Below the pieces are notes generated by a model. The model searched no databases. It was not told where the DNA came from and worked only from the letters and a program-made list of their open reading frames with translations. The translations under genes were made by a program, and so were the position numbers. Below, piece after piece: positions 18,933 through 30,100 of a DNA stretch of 64,000 nt (positions are counted from its first letter, which is position 1; every line of letters starts with the position of its first letter). The stretch comes from a virus (taxonomy: Duplodnaviria > Caudoviricetes): IMG/VR virus record IMGVR_UViG_3300025084_003379, positions 11,124 through 75,123 of that record, one strand, 5' to 3'.

Positions 18933-18950
18933 AATAAAATAAAATAGTTA

Positions 18951-20807
18951 ATGTCATTTTTTAGTAAAACCAGAATTAAAGCAACAGAGTTATTCTTTGA
19001 TGCATTTGAGTACCTACAAAGACAGTATGAACAAGCCGGTGAAGTATTTACACCTGCATCTCCATTTGGACAGATACTTACAGTTGTTTCTAACTTAGGT
19101 GAACTTATTTTATTTTATATTGAGGCTGTTGCTACCGAGCTTAATATAAGTAGAGCAAGAAACATTGAATCCATATATGGTTTATCTAGATTAACAGGGC
19201 ATGATCCAACTAGAGGAATATCAGCACAAGGTATATTAGGATTAAGACTTAATACATCAGCATCATCATTAGTGGAAGGTGATTATGTACAAATACAAAA
19301 TTACATTGCATTAGAGGTAGGTCAAAATAGTTTATCTTATTTTTTAAAATTTGATAGCGATTATATTAGATTAGAGAAAACTACAACTGCATTTGTAAAT
19401 GTAGAATTAATTCAAGGAGAAATTGAAGATCAAACTTTTACTGGAACTGGTGAAGCATTGCAAAGTTATAATTTAACTACAAAAGAACCTACTGATCAAT
19501 ATATGGTTAATGTAGTGGTTGATGGCAAGCTATGGAGAAATGTAGATTCACTATATGATATGAACAACGGAGATGAGGCTGCTTTAGTAAAGACAAGCGT
19601 TAATGGTGGGTTAACAGTATTTTTTGGAAATAATCAGTTTGGCCAACCACCTGCACTAGGATCAATTATTAGAGTTACTTATGTAAAGACTAGAGGTTCT
19701 GCTGGTAACATTGGTGGTAGTAATTTAGATATTAAATTTAAAGATCCTGCAACAGACGCACAAGGTAATGAAGTTGACTTGGATCAGGTATTGGCAATAA
19801 ATATTGTAAGAAATCCAATGTTTGGTTCTAATAGTGAAGATCCTGAGTTTACTAGGCTTATTGCGCCATATCAGAGTAATTCATTTGTTTTAGCTAATCC
19901 TAACAATTATATTTACTATTTAAGTAAATATGATTTCTTTTCTTTTGTAGATGCATATAATACTAAAAATGATCAATACTTAGATGATGATAATATTATA
20001 TACTTATTCTTAATACCAGATGTGGCAAAAAAGATAACAAGTGATTTGGATTATTTTAATGTTCCACAAGAAGAATTTTCGCTAAGCTTAGATGAGAAAG
20101 AAATGGTATATGAAATATTAAATGAAAGTGGGCGACAAGTTGTAACAGCTGAGGTTAGAATAAATGATCCTGTAATTAAAAAATATGCTCTTAATATTGT
20201 TTTAAGATATGTTGAAGGTTTTGATAAAGATGAGATTCATGCAGAGATAAGAGAAAATCTTAGTACATATTTTATAAGTGTAAATAGAAGAGATAGAATT
20301 CCGAGATCAGATTTAATTGCAATTATAGAAAATGTAGATGGTGTAGATTCTGTTAATGTATTTTTTATATCAGAAGAAAATGAAAAAGCAATCAGAGATG
20401 GTTTTTATGAAATACCTGTTTTTGGAACTGACCCAGTCACAGATCAAAAAGTTCTTATCGAAACTAACAAAATTACTTTGGGGCCTGATGAAGATCCTCA
20501 GTTAGGTTTAGATAGCTTTGGTGATGTTGTAATTGGACCAGAAGAATTAGCAATAATAAGAGGTGGTTGGGATGATAGGAACGGTACTTATTATGAAGAG
20601 ACCCCTAATAAAAATGCTATCAGTTCTTTAAACATATTCTTTAAAGGTACTATTCCAAATAACTTATATAATAAAACACAACAGGCTAAATTTAATAACT
20701 TAAAAAGAAATAGAGGTACTACAATAGCAACATCAAAAAATTCTAGAAGTACTAATACAGGTAGGTTAAAAGATAACCCAACGTTAAAAGCAATACAAGG
20801 AAATTAA
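18951..20807 (+). CDS. gp6: Baseplate wedge gp6/baseplate-J-like
   Basis: ELNISRARNIESIYGLSRLTG, VFFGNNQFGQPP and YVKTRGSAGN segments typical of gp6-like wedges. Confidence 0.8.
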   Translation: MSFFSKTRIKATELFFDAFEYLQRQYEQAGEVFTPASPFGQILTVVSNLGELILFYIEAVATELNISRARNIESIYGLSRLTGHDPTRGISAQGILGLRLNTSASSLVEGDYVQIQNYIALEVGQNSLSYFLKFDSDYIRLEKTTTAFVNVELIQGEIEDQTFTGTGEALQSYNLTTKEPTDQYMVNVVVDGKLWRNVDSLYDMNNGDEAALVKTSVNGGLTVFFGNNQFGQPPALGSIIRVTYVKTRGSAGNIGGSNLDIKFKDPATDAQGNEVDLDQVLAINIVRNPMFGSNSEDPEFTRLIAPYQSNSFVLANPNNYIYYLSKYDFFSFVDAYNTKNDQYLDDDNIIYLFLIPDVAKKITSDLDYFNVPQEEFSLSLDEKEMVYEILNESGRQVVTAEVRINDPVIKKYALNIVLRYVEGFDKDEIHAEIRENLSTYFISVNRRDRIPRSDLIAIIENVDGVDSVNVFFISEENEKAIRDGFYEIPVFGTDPVTDQKVLIETNKITLGPDEDPQLGLDSFGDVVIGPEELAIIRGGWDDRNGTYYEETPNKNAISSLNIFFKGTIPNNLYNKTQQAKFNNLKRNRGTTIATSKNSRSTNTGRLKDNPTLKAIQGN

Positions 20808-20808
20808 T

Positions 20809-21078
20809 ATGAATAAATTTACAGAAAGACGTACTGGTATGCCAAGTGTATATAAAGCTACATATGAAGAGGGGTGGGAATTAAAAAACCTAGGTAATGA
20901 TTATAATGAAAACTTAATGAGAAATTCTTTTTCTAATTATATGTTTAGAAATGAAAGACTTGGAATATTCTTAGATGAGTATTTAAAACCTATAATGACT
21001 TTCTGGATTAATAAAGTAAAGTATCTAAGAATATACTATAATTTTGGTGTACCTAAAGATTATCAAAAAATAAATTAA
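20809..21078 (+). CDS. Small baseplate-associated hypothetical protein
   Basis: 89-aa ORF separated by 1 nt from each flanking wedge gene. Confidence 0.65.
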   Translation: MNKFTERRTGMPSVYKATYEEGWELKNLGNDYNENLMRNSFSNYMFRNERLGIFLDEYLKPIMTFWINKVKYLRIYYNFGVPKDYQKIN

Positions 21079-21079
21079 G

Positions 21080-24000
21080 ATGGCTAATAATTGGCAATAT
21101 TTAAACTTCTTTGATAAGAATGGAAAATACTTAAACCTTGATTATGATAAAGATCAAGATAAGTGGACGGGAAATGTTTATTTGCCTGAAGTTTCTATTG
21201 GTTTATTTGAAGTTGGACAATTATTTATTTTACAAGAATTTATTAATTCGAATACTAATACAAAACAATTTGGATTTCCACATGGTCTTGAGGTTGCTAC
21301 TGGTACAACTGGATCAACTAATGGTATATGTAATTGGGTTGCTGAATGGGAAACATCAGATCCTACTGAGATATTCTTGTTTCAGTTTGATATGAATTTT
21401 GATACAGGTACTCAGACTTCGTTAGAGATAGAACCAGATGGACCACCTTTAAAAATAGTATCTGAAGTAGAGATACCGTTAGATAGCGATCCTAATTATA
21501 TAGTTAGTCCTGAAGGATTTTTAATCACTGATCAAATTACATCAGAGGCATTACAAATTAATGTTGCAATAAGATCTGAAGTAGAAAATACGTTTAAGAG
21601 GACTTTATTTATTAAAGATGATTGTACTGGTAACATTATAGCTGAAATATTATTTTGGGGAGAAACTGTTGGTGAGGATGAAAGGTTAAAGGTTATGACT
21701 CAAAATATGGGGTATAATATTTTAGAATCAGATAGTAGTGTATTTAGAGATACTAATATTAAAGAAATTCTACCTAACTTTGAAGAAGTAAATTTAAAGA
21801 GAAAGGAGATCATGTTAGAAGGTTCTAATATTTACCCTTTCATAGGTTCTTACAAAGGATTAGTTAATGCAATTAAATTCTTTGGTTATGATAAATTAGA
21901 TGTTAAAGAATTTTGGAGAAATGTTGATGCTAACTCTCCACAGTTCGGTAAATATATTATGAGTAATAGTATTGATATATTTAACCCAACGGTTCAATTA
22001 AATGACAAATCAATAACACTACCTAATAAAAGATTTAGAAAAACAAGTTTATTTAGTTTAGTTTATAGAATTAATAATATAGTACCTGATAAGTTTGATG
22101 AAGAGTCATTACCTATAACTGAAGAAAATTTTGATTTTACTATTGAAGAAATTTTAATAAAGTTATTTGGTTTAAAAAGAAAATTAGAAAGCGAATTTTT
22201 ACCTCTTAATGCTAGGATTAAAGATATCACAGGTGAGGCTGACTTTTTTGGTTTATTAGAAGTAGTTAATACAATAAGTAGAAATGATAAGAGAGAAATT
22301 GTAGCAGGTATAGATACTAACTTTAAACTTTCTACCGATGATTGTATTTACATGGAAGATCTTAGATCATTTAGCCAATTTTGTTTAGCATCGGAGGCTA
22401 TAGTTAACCAAGCTATAATAAATTATTGTAATGCATATATAGCACCACTTGCATCGGCTCAGAATATTGGTAGAAATTTAGTAGTTGGTCCTGTGTCAGG
22501 TTCTTATAATTATCCTCCGGCTCCAATTGGACCAGATCCTAATAGCCCTCTAGGTAATATACAAAATGGTAATGATTTTAAAGTTTCAGATTTAGCAGAT
22601 GCGTTTTTAGCTTATTTTACTAGGTATGCGCCAAAATTAAATAAGGTTGGTGCGTGGCCTGATGGTGAGTCTTCGTATTATTTACCTGACAAGCCGGATA
22701 TACCAGTTGGGGCAATGACTGTTTTAAAGAATGATTCATTTAAAAATATAACATGGGATAATGTAAACTCTACATGGAATCAATTAAACGATGCAAATAC
22801 ATTCTTTACATTTGACATTGATCCACAAGGAGTATTCGTAGGTGATGTATTTTCTGTTACTGATCCTGCTACAGGAACAGGCGCTAGTTACACTGCTGTA
22901 GTCGGTGATACTGATGTTGAGGTTAGGGATGCTCTCTATAACCAGTTAGCATTATTAAAGTCATCATTTACAGACCCTTGGTTATTTTGGGATATTAGTA
23001 AAGAAACTATTTCTACGGGTGAGGTGATTAGATTATTTGGGCAGAATGTCGATAGATTAAATGTTTCATGTCAATCTTCAGTAGGAAGTCAATTATTATT
23101 TAACCAATTACCAGGAGAAACTTTATTTACCTGGGATGGTATAGAAAGAGGTAATTTTGATGAAATAGAGTGGACCATATATAAAGATGCTACAGATGTT
23201 TCACCTTCTTACTACAAGAAAATAAGAGGTCCTATTGCACAGTATAATAATTTACCTATAATATTACCATACGTAGGAGTATATAGTGTAGAAATGAAGC
23301 TATATGACTTATACAATAATATATCGTCAAATGTTAAGACTGATTTTATTTGTGTAGAAAATAGAGAAGTTGAATACTCTGGTTGGTATCAAGCAAGGAA
23401 ATTAAATTATACTTGGTCAAGCGAAGGATCTTACGATTGGAACAATTATGGATCTTTATGGAATTTACCTATTACCCCTGATGTAACATGGGATCAAGAG
23501 ACTCCTAGCTTATATGCATCGTTAGATAGAGTAAATGCAATATTAAATAATTTTGGTTTAGGTACATCACCTGACTTTCAGTTATTAAATTTTCAAGATG
23601 ATGGTAAAGCTAGTTTTTCTAGCCCATATAGGTGGGAGAATTTAACCACCGGTGGTTGGAATGACACTTATCATTTATGGTGGGATATGACTAGTACTAC
23701 TGGTGATACACCTGCATTTTTTCAATTCCAAGAAGTTGTGCCTGAAACATATCTTAAAATAACTGATGTTAATGGTGAAACGGCCGAGCATTATTTTGAC
23801 TTATCAATTAACACATTGGCTGATGCAGCTGCTAGTTTAAATATTAGTACCAATAGAATTATTAATAAGTATGTTTATAATGTAGTTTATGACGCAAGTA
23901 GTAATCAAAAATTTATACAAGCCGTCTGTAGATATTTTGGGGTACATGGTGATTGGGTATATCTTGATATCGTATATGCTAACGGTGATAGAGTATGTCC

Positions 24001-24370
24001 GAGTACTGGAGTAACAGGTTCACCTTTTTCGACAGGTTCAACTGGCTGCCCGAGTTTGATTTATAGAAAAGGGTTAAGCAAAGCAAGCAACCCTACATGG
24101 AATACAGCTAAGTTTGTAAACAACGGTAAAACATTACCTAAAATGACTTGGTTAATGTTTGTTTATGATAAATGCAAGATTCCAGGTAAAACTAATCCTA
24201 GGTGGATTATTAAGAATACAACTAACTCAAACATAGCTGATATATATTTTGAGAGTAAATACTTAACATATCTGTTTAAGGAATCTGGTAAATACGAGAT
24301 TACCCTTGAACTTACAGATACGAATGGGAATAAATATAAAAAGGGAAGAAATATCCTAGTAATTAAATAA
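21080..24370 (+). CDS. Baseplate wedge gp7-like protein with PKD-like domains
   Basis: IGSYKGLVNAIKFFGY...VKEFW gp7/tail-I-like segment; PKD-like GVYSVEMKLYD and GKYEITLELTDTNG. Confidence 0.6.
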   Translation: MANNWQYLNFFDKNGKYLNLDYDKDQDKWTGNVYLPEVSIGLFEVGQLFILQEFINSNTNTKQFGFPHGLEVATGTTGSTNGICNWVAEWETSDPTEIFLFQFDMNFDTGTQTSLEIEPDGPPLKIVSEVEIPLDSDPNYIVSPEGFLITDQITSEALQINVAIRSEVENTFKRTLFIKDDCTGNIIAEILFWGETVGEDERLKVMTQNMGYNILESDSSVFRDTNIKEILPNFEEVNLKRKEIMLEGSNIYPFIGSYKGLVNAIKFFGYDKLDVKEFWRNVDANSPQFGKYIMSNSIDIFNPTVQLNDKSITLPNKRFRKTSLFSLVYRINNIVPDKFDEESLPITEENFDFTIEEILIKLFGLKRKLESEFLPLNARIKDITGEADFFGLLEVVNTISRNDKREIVAGIDTNFKLSTDDCIYMEDLRSFSQFCLASEAIVNQAIINYCNAYIAPLASAQNIGRNLVVGPVSGSYNYPPAPIGPDPNSPLGNIQNGNDFKVSDLADAFLAYFTRYAPKLNKVGAWPDGESSYYLPDKPDIPVGAMTVLKNDSFKNITWDNVNSTWNQLNDANTFFTFDIDPQGVFVGDVFSVTDPATGTGASYTAVVGDTDVEVRDALYNQLALLKSSFTDPWLFWDISKETISTGEVIRLFGQNVDRLNVSCQSSVGSQLLFNQLPGETLFTWDGIERGNFDEIEWTIYKDATDVSPSYYKKIRGPIAQYNNLPIILPYVGVYSVEMKLYDLYNNISSNVKTDFICVENREVEYSGWYQARKLNYTWSSEGSYDWNNYGSLWNLPITPDVTWDQETPSLYASLDRVNAILNNFGLGTSPDFQLLNFQDDGKASFSSPYRWENLTTGGWNDTYHLWWDMTSTTGDTPAFFQFQEVVPETYLKITDVNGETAEHYFDLSINTLADAAASLNISTNRIINKYVYNVVYDASSNQKFIQAVCRYFGVHGDWVYLDIVYANGDRVCPSTGVTGSPFSTGSTGCPSLIYRKGLSKASNPTWNTAKFVNNGKTLPKMTWLMFVYDKCKIPGKTNPRWIIKNTTNSNIADIYFESKYLTYLFKESGKYEITLELTDTNGNKYKKGRNILVIK

Positions 24371-24379
24371 AGAAAAGAA

Positions 24380-25030
24380 ATGGCAATTAGCGTAACAGAA
24401 ATTCTCGGAACAGATTCATTATCCGGATCCAGGTTAGTATTGAATGATAATTTCAATATAGTGACCAGTGAAATTAATGCAATGGAGGTTTATTTTAACC
24501 CTACTGCAGGTACTATTACCAATCTTAATGATCTGAAGACAGAGTCACTAAGGGTTGGTTTATCTACTGTATTATTAGATATTAATGCATCTACGTTTGA
24601 TGTATTAACTAATGTTAATATGACAGGTAATTTAAACTTAAATGGTGGAGGGTTATTTAGAAATGACATAGACCCACAAACATTAGATGATATTTTTGCA
24701 GGTGCAGTACCTTATAATATAGCAGTAGGTACAAGTACAGCTATACCACCATATACAACAGAGCGTGTTGGTAATAGTGATGTAGCAAACATTGTAACAC
24801 TTTCACTAAATGATGGTGCAATTGGTCAGGAAATCTTTTTTGTATATTCACAAGCACAAACTGGTACAGTAAGAATTACTGGAGCAGTTACACCACTTGT
24901 ATTAAGTGGGGGTAATACAAATATAGATTTAGCTGCACAGGGGCAGACTGTTCATTTACTATGTGTTGACGATGGAACCGGAAACGGAGTATGGTTTATT
25001 GTAGGGGGTGATGCATATACATTATCATAA
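24380..25030 (+). CDS. Virion structural protein/short fibre
   Basis: N-terminal ISVTEILGTDSLSGSRLVLNDNF anchor-like motif, shared with 35767. Confidence 0.6.
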   Translation: MAISVTEILGTDSLSGSRLVLNDNFNIVTSEINAMEVYFNPTAGTITNLNDLKTESLRVGLSTVLLDINASTFDVLTNVNMTGNLNLNGGGLFRNDIDPQTLDDIFAGAVPYNIAVGTSTAIPPYTTERVGNSDVANIVTLSLNDGAIGQEIFFVYSQAQTGTVRITGAVTPLVLSGGNTNIDLAAQGQTVHLLCVDDGTGNGVWFIVGGDAYTLS

Positions 25031-25053
25031 TAATTAAAAAGAAAAAGTAATAC

Positions 25054-27168
25054 ATGGCAACTACGCCTTTAATTAAAACACCGCAAGCTGATGGGGGTAC
25101 ATTTTATACCTTCTCTTCCTCTGCGAGAGATTTGTCTAAGACACTCAATAATGATGAGCTCAAACTGGTCTTTTCTAAGTTTGTGCTTTTAAATATTCCT
25201 GACTTTGATAAGCTAGACCCAAACACATTTAGTAATTACGAAAACTATATGCAGTTTGATACCATTGATGGTATGATTCTTAGTGGTGGATTAAAAGGTG
25301 ATCCTAATGTTAATTTTACAGAAAGTCTTCAGAATTACGCGCTGAACTTAGAAGAATTAATTATTAGTGATGCTTCTTATGATAATACAATACAGAGATC
25401 TGTTGCCGAAAGAGTATTTTTTAAATGGATGAAAGAGACTGGTGCAATGCGATTTCGTGCTGCTACTAATCTTGAAAAAAATCCTGGAGTTTCAAGGCCT
25501 TTGTTTGTTGAAGAAGATGAGATTAAAACAGGAGCAAGGCAATATAGAAAGGTTGTACAATATGTAGGCGATATTGATATTGTTAATAATGTAGATAAAG
25601 CAGGTGAAGCTTATACAGAACTTTATATTAATGTACCAACTGAAGTAGGTGGAACACCAACTATTTTATTTGATTCTATATCTGATGCAAACTATCAACC
25701 AAGTTTAAGAATACAGGGTAAAGACGAATTTATCTTAGGGCGTAATGCTAGTACAATACAACCACAAGGATTAAGCATAAATGCATTTTATGATTATGAT
25801 CAACCTTTGCTAGGTTTAAACTCAGGTGGGTATACGGATTCTAATGCAAATTGGATGAATGAACCTACGCCGCCAACATCATTAGATTCTTATTTTACCG
25901 AGCCTATAACATTCACATCACCAATCAGTGTTGATATACAAAAATATCCTAGTGATTATAATAATCCCGTTGGATTTAATGGCTCTGCTTATGTTAGGTC
26001 TCAGTTAGATGGTATTTCTGTAGATTTTACACCTAACGATTATGAGCAGATTATAACAGATCCAACAATTGCAACAATACCTCAATTTAATGGAACTGAT
26101 TTAGCAAGTACATTTGAATTTAATGCGGTATTGGTTTATTACGATTTAGTAGACACTAGTAACACAGCAAATACTGTTACTAACCTTTACGGTATTTTAT
26201 TAGTAGATAACATAACACCTACAACTGATGGTGGTTATATCCAAAGATACCCAAAATATAAACCTAATAAAGTTACAGGACAGAATGGAAACAGTTATGG
26301 ATTTAAAATCAATTTACGATTTGATGCTTCACCAGGAACGGCCGGTATCGATACAATTGTCAATGACTATAATACATTTTCAATGCAGCTCTTCAGTGAA
26401 GCGACTGCACAACTTCAAGAATCAGCAAAAATATTTCAGACCCAACAATTAGAAATTTCTGAACTGGATCAAAAAGTACAGTCATTAGAAAATCAGATAA
26501 CAAATGTTTCTGATGTTACTTCATTACAAGCACAACTTAACAGTATACAAAGACAATTGGATAATGCCAATCTTGCTTTTGCTAATGATACTGTTCTGCT
26601 TGATTTAATAGCTAAGAACTCTGATGAAATCCAAGGATTGGCAAATGGAAATGTTCCTATTACATTACAATATAACACTAATGTAATTAGACAAGGCACA
26701 GGAATAAATGTAGATACCAATACACCAAACCTTATAACCATTTCATTAGCAAACCAAGAATATAATTTGATGGTTCCCTTTGACAAAGATCAATTAGAAA
26801 TTACTACATCTAATCCTCTTAATTTAAACCAAGCGACACCGCAAGTATTTTCAGACCTTAGGATTTATACAAATATGCTAAGATTAGATACTGTTAATGA
26901 AGCAGGTGGAGATTTAAATGTTTATATAGATGATACTGACATACAATGGTCAACGGGACAAACTTTAAGATTGGTATTTAATAATAATCTAAATATAGGT
27001 TCAAGAAATATCAGAGTTTGGACAGATGCACAAAGTAGATTAAATACTGGTTCATTTGGAGTTTCTATGGGTGTTATAACAAATATAGATATATCACAAA
27101 AACCTATCATAGAATTTATATGCACAGAACAAGGCATCTTAAATTTTGTGTATGACGTAATTAAATAA
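25054..27168 (+). CDS. Virion structural protein with central coiled coil
   Basis: 704 aa in the structural cluster, with a heptad stretch (LQESAKIFQTQQLEISELDQKVQSLENQI). Confidence 0.6.
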   Translation: MATTPLIKTPQADGGTFYTFSSSARDLSKTLNNDELKLVFSKFVLLNIPDFDKLDPNTFSNYENYMQFDTIDGMILSGGLKGDPNVNFTESLQNYALNLEELIISDASYDNTIQRSVAERVFFKWMKETGAMRFRAATNLEKNPGVSRPLFVEEDEIKTGARQYRKVVQYVGDIDIVNNVDKAGEAYTELYINVPTEVGGTPTILFDSISDANYQPSLRIQGKDEFILGRNASTIQPQGLSINAFYDYDQPLLGLNSGGYTDSNANWMNEPTPPTSLDSYFTEPITFTSPISVDIQKYPSDYNNPVGFNGSAYVRSQLDGISVDFTPNDYEQIITDPTIATIPQFNGTDLASTFEFNAVLVYYDLVDTSNTANTVTNLYGILLVDNITPTTDGGYIQRYPKYKPNKVTGQNGNSYGFKINLRFDASPGTAGIDTIVNDYNTFSMQLFSEATAQLQESAKIFQTQQLEISELDQKVQSLENQITNVSDVTSLQAQLNSIQRQLDNANLAFANDTVLLDLIAKNSDEIQGLANGNVPITLQYNTNVIRQGTGINVDTNTPNLITISLANQEYNLMVPFDKDQLEITTSNPLNLNQATPQVFSDLRIYTNMLRLDTVNEAGGDLNVYIDDTDIQWSTGQTLRLVFNNNLNIGSRNIRVWTDAQSRLNTGSFGVSMGVITNIDISQKPIIEFICTEQGILNFVYDVIK

Positions 27169-27190
27169 ATAATAAAAGAAAGCATAACTA

Positions 27191-30100
27191 ATGGCTGAAA
27201 ATAATTCAATATCAACACTTTTACCTGAGCTTCTAAGGTTATTTAATAATTCTTTAGAGAGTTTTGAAAAGGTTAATCAGGCCATAACTTCAAGTAATGA
27301 ATCTGTTACAATTAATATTCAAAATGATAACGGTACAAATTCTAGAGTTACTATTCCAAGTTTTGGCTTTCTTAAAAATTCAATAGATAGATTAGATAAT
27401 AATCTTAATACAATTACAAATGTAAATGGATCAAATAGTTCTATAAGGTTATCTGATGGTACATTTAGAAAGTTAGTATTGGCACAGTTACCTGTTGAGG
27501 CTAGTGATTTATCTAGCATTAATACAGTAGAGAGATTTAATGTAAAGCCTAATTGGTTTTTTGAAGAATTAATAAATCCTCTATTATATGTATCTTTTGA
27601 TTTAACTGGCCAAGTACCTATTGATACTGAAAGAGCAATCATAAGAAGATACATACTTAATACTAACACGCAATCTAAGATTAATTATTTTAATAGTAAT
27701 TATGAAGGGCGATCAGATATAAATTACACTACTTTTTTACAACAAATCGTAGAAAGAAATATATCATATGTATTAGATGAAGCAGTTGTTGATTTACCGC
27801 CTAGGTCCAAAAGATATACTGGTAATTTTAGTGTACTTAGAATATCGGATGCTACTGTTACGGAAGAAGTAAATGGTGTTACTGTAGTATCACAAAAAAA
27901 GCAATATAAATTAAATAAGATTTTTTATACTGACTCTGAGGCAAATTTTGGTGATACTATTCAGCTAGCAGTTGGTGATAGTCTTGAAGTAATTAGCGAT
28001 CCTATTAGTACAAGATATAAAGTTACTAAATTAGATTCTAGCACAAATACAGTTATCTTAGAATTAGTTGAAGGATCTGATCCTGTTTTAATTGGTTCTG
28101 ATATGCTAAAAATCGCATCATCAGTAGAAGACAATGTACAAGTAGATGTTACTGTAGGATTTAATGAAAGATGTGTTACTTTTGTAAAACCAATAGATCC
28201 TAATTCTAAAATACCTTCAGTAAATTGGTCACCAGGTAGTTCGTTTTATACAAATACACTTACTACTATTAATGCAGCCGGCTCTAGTCAAACATTAGCA
28301 GAATATTATCAGCAGAGTGCAATTGATTTTGGATCAATGTTACTTTCTTTTGCGGATGATAAAATCCCAACAACAAGAGAAGGAATTAAGCCTAATTCAC
28401 CTACAATAAATACTGAAGATTTTGGTGTTAAATTAATTAATGCACAAGTAAGCGATTCACCTGCTATAATTGAACTTACTGATTTAAATAATCAAAAGAA
28501 TACTATTGAGTCTACCTTAAAGGAACTCGATGTGGCGATTCAGCAAAGTAGAACTAAAATACAAACCACTAATTATTCTACTGAAGTAGAAAGAGATGCT
28601 GACAAGAATGCATTACAAGGTTTAATTACAGAAAGATCTTCTCAGGCTGAATTATACTCATCTGTTGTAAAAGAGATAGATGCAAAAGCGAAAGATAATT
28701 CTGTATCAAGCATTGCACCTAAATATAGAGTAAGAGGTTTTTGGTCAATGCCATTAGAAAAATCTACCCCAGCAACAGGGCCACAGTCTATTGTTAAATT
28801 TAAAATAAGATATCGTTATTTATCTAATGACGGTGTGGCAAATCCTGTTAATCAATTTGAATTTCAAGACGGTTCAGGTACATCACAAGGCGCGTTTTCA
28901 AATTATTCAATAATAGAAAGTACACTAAGACCTAGGGTTAAAAATTCTTTAACTGGTGTTTATCAATGGGTACCTATTGACTCCGATAATGCAGAGTCAG
29001 TAAATATTAATCAACTAGATATACCTATAAGAAAAGGTGAACAGGTTGAAGTACAAGTTAAATCTATAAGTGAGGCTGGATGGCCATCTAACCCATTAGA
29101 GAGTGATTGGTCAATCGCTGCTATAATTCCATTTCCTGCAGATCTTAGCTCTGATAATGCTACTGAAGCAATCATAAACCAAAATCAACAAGACTTAGCA
29201 AAAGTTTCTTTAGAACAAGATTTAAATGAACTGGGTATACAAGAACATTTAAGTAGTTCATTTACTGCTAATGAAACATATTATGCACATTCATCTCCGG
29301 TTATTGCATCTGGGTTTTTATCTGAGAATCAGACGCCTATTGATTTATTTACTAAGTTAACGGAAATGCAAAATCAGTTAGATTTGTTTTCTGAGATTTT
29401 ACAATCTGCACAAGGTGAATTACAAACTACTTTGGTAGATGATCAAGGTAATGTTACAAATCTTAATAGAAATGCAACAACAAGTATTTTTGCTGGATTT
29501 TATTCACAAGAGGTCGCTAACTTAGATGATCCTAGAGGTGCAATTATATCAAAAACTTTCTTTATTAATATTGCAAACACTGCACAAACTGGACTAAGAT
29601 TAATAGCTAGGATTGCAGGTAATAGAACTAGAATGGTTAAGCAATCTGAAAATCCGCCAATAAGCCCATATCTCACTAATGCAGATGTTACTAATGGCGC
29701 TACCATTTTGCCTGCAACATATTCATGGCTAGATAATAGTTCAATAAACCAAAGCTCAGGTATTAATACATACACGGCTGATGATGCTGATTATAATACA
29801 ATTAGAAAATATGATTTAACCCCAATCTTATTAACTAACCCGGCTACGAGTAATTCATGGAGATTTGGGCAGGATGTTTCTATTGCACCATATCAATCAG
29901 CACAAAATAAAAACCAATTCTTATATAGTAGATTTAGTGATGTTTCATCAGAAGATAACTTTTATAGTTATAGAAACCCTGATGGTGACTTTATTGTAAA
30001 CCTAGACCAAGCAGAAAATTTTTATGGTAGAAATGCATCTTCAAATACAGCTTTAGCAACTGACTTTTTCTGGGGAGGTGGATTTGATGCAACAGGAGCA

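Noticed and set aside
8556-24370. Bacterial eCIS/T6SS locus or host chromosome (because of rpsA, groES)
   Set aside because: Linked gp32, primase, UvsW/UvsY, neck protein and single-strand dense coding indicate a phage genome, and S1 and GroES lack their usual bacterial operon context.
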